Positions 63,734 to 64,000 of a DNA stretch of 64,000 bases are shown here, in pieces; positions within the stretch are counted from its first letter, which is position 1; each line of letters begins with the position of its first letter. The notes under the pieces were generated by a model. That model did not search any database, was not told where the DNA came from, and worked only from the letters and a program-made list of their open reading frames with translations. A program made the translations under genes and the position numbers. Origin of the DNA: an uncultured Prevotellaceae bacterium (GTDB lineage: Bacteria > Bacteroidota > Bacteroidia > Bacteroidales > Bacteroidaceae); the NCBI GenBank assembly GCA_902786665.1, contig CADADN010000058.1:4866-68865 (forward strand), in the 5' to 3' direction.

Positions 63734-64000
63734 TTATTTATATAGTTTCTTTATTTCTGCGTCTTGATAATAGTGCAGGAGTATCTCATTGTATGTAGCG
63801 CCATTCTCTCCCATCATGGCGGCACCGATCTGGCATAGTCCGACCCCATGCCCCCACCCTGCCCCGTGCAGGATGAATCGCTGGGGCAGCCCGTCTTTCT
63901 CCCCTTCGGTGTCGATGACGAAAGCCGAACTGAGCAGGTGTGTCTTGCTGAGCGCCCTTCTGATTTCCAATTCCTTCCCGATGATGAGTGTGCGCTTGGT
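63734..64000 (-). CDS. C-terminal part of a SpoIID/LytB-domain protein (begins beyond the window)
   Basis: [16 protein letters not shown]...G..Y.EILLHYY. Confidence 0.88.
   Translation of the reverse strand, partial: TKRTLIIGKELEIRRALSKTHLLSSAFVIDTEGEKDGLPQRFILHGAGWGHGVGLCQIGAAMMGENGATYNEILLHYYQDAEIKKLYK

Overview
The window is chromosomal DNA from a Bacteroidota bacterium, most likely a rumen/gut Prevotellaceae. This is inferred from TAnnTTTG -7 promoter elements, T9SS-type C-termini, a DUF4421-like barrel and an ECF/barrel pair. It holds about 44 CDSs. Housekeeping and metabolic genes include gdhA, ltaE, aroC, pyrK-pyrD, holA, slyD, aldA, aguA-aguB, a Nif3 gene and two AmpG-like MFS genes. 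Glycan genes are a GH154/DUF2264-GH105-GH2-GH51 run, a GH13 amylase, a GH3 and a GH28. There are five secreted peptidase-type proteins (S41, C10, S8, M6 and an unclassified HExxH protein). I found no rRNA, tRNA, CRISPR array, transposase, integrase or reverse transcriptase. The most unusual signals are: (1) dispersed intergenic elements built from short tandem repeats (11-, 7-, 9- and 10-mers), two families of which carry the same GGCCGCAGGCC hairpin, some sitting directly before start codons and one ending in a perfect 27-bp fold-back; (2) three secreted enzymes ending in dockerin-like modules instead of T9SS signals; (3) a diverged duplicate of the 3' end of a BASS transporter gene flanking a 3.3-kb accessory segment; (4) a candidate ~97-nt sRNA; (5) an ECF sigma factor paired with a dual-membrane-spanning anti-sigma-like protein whose linker has tandem repeats. 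All protein family calls come from motif recognition by eye, not database searches.
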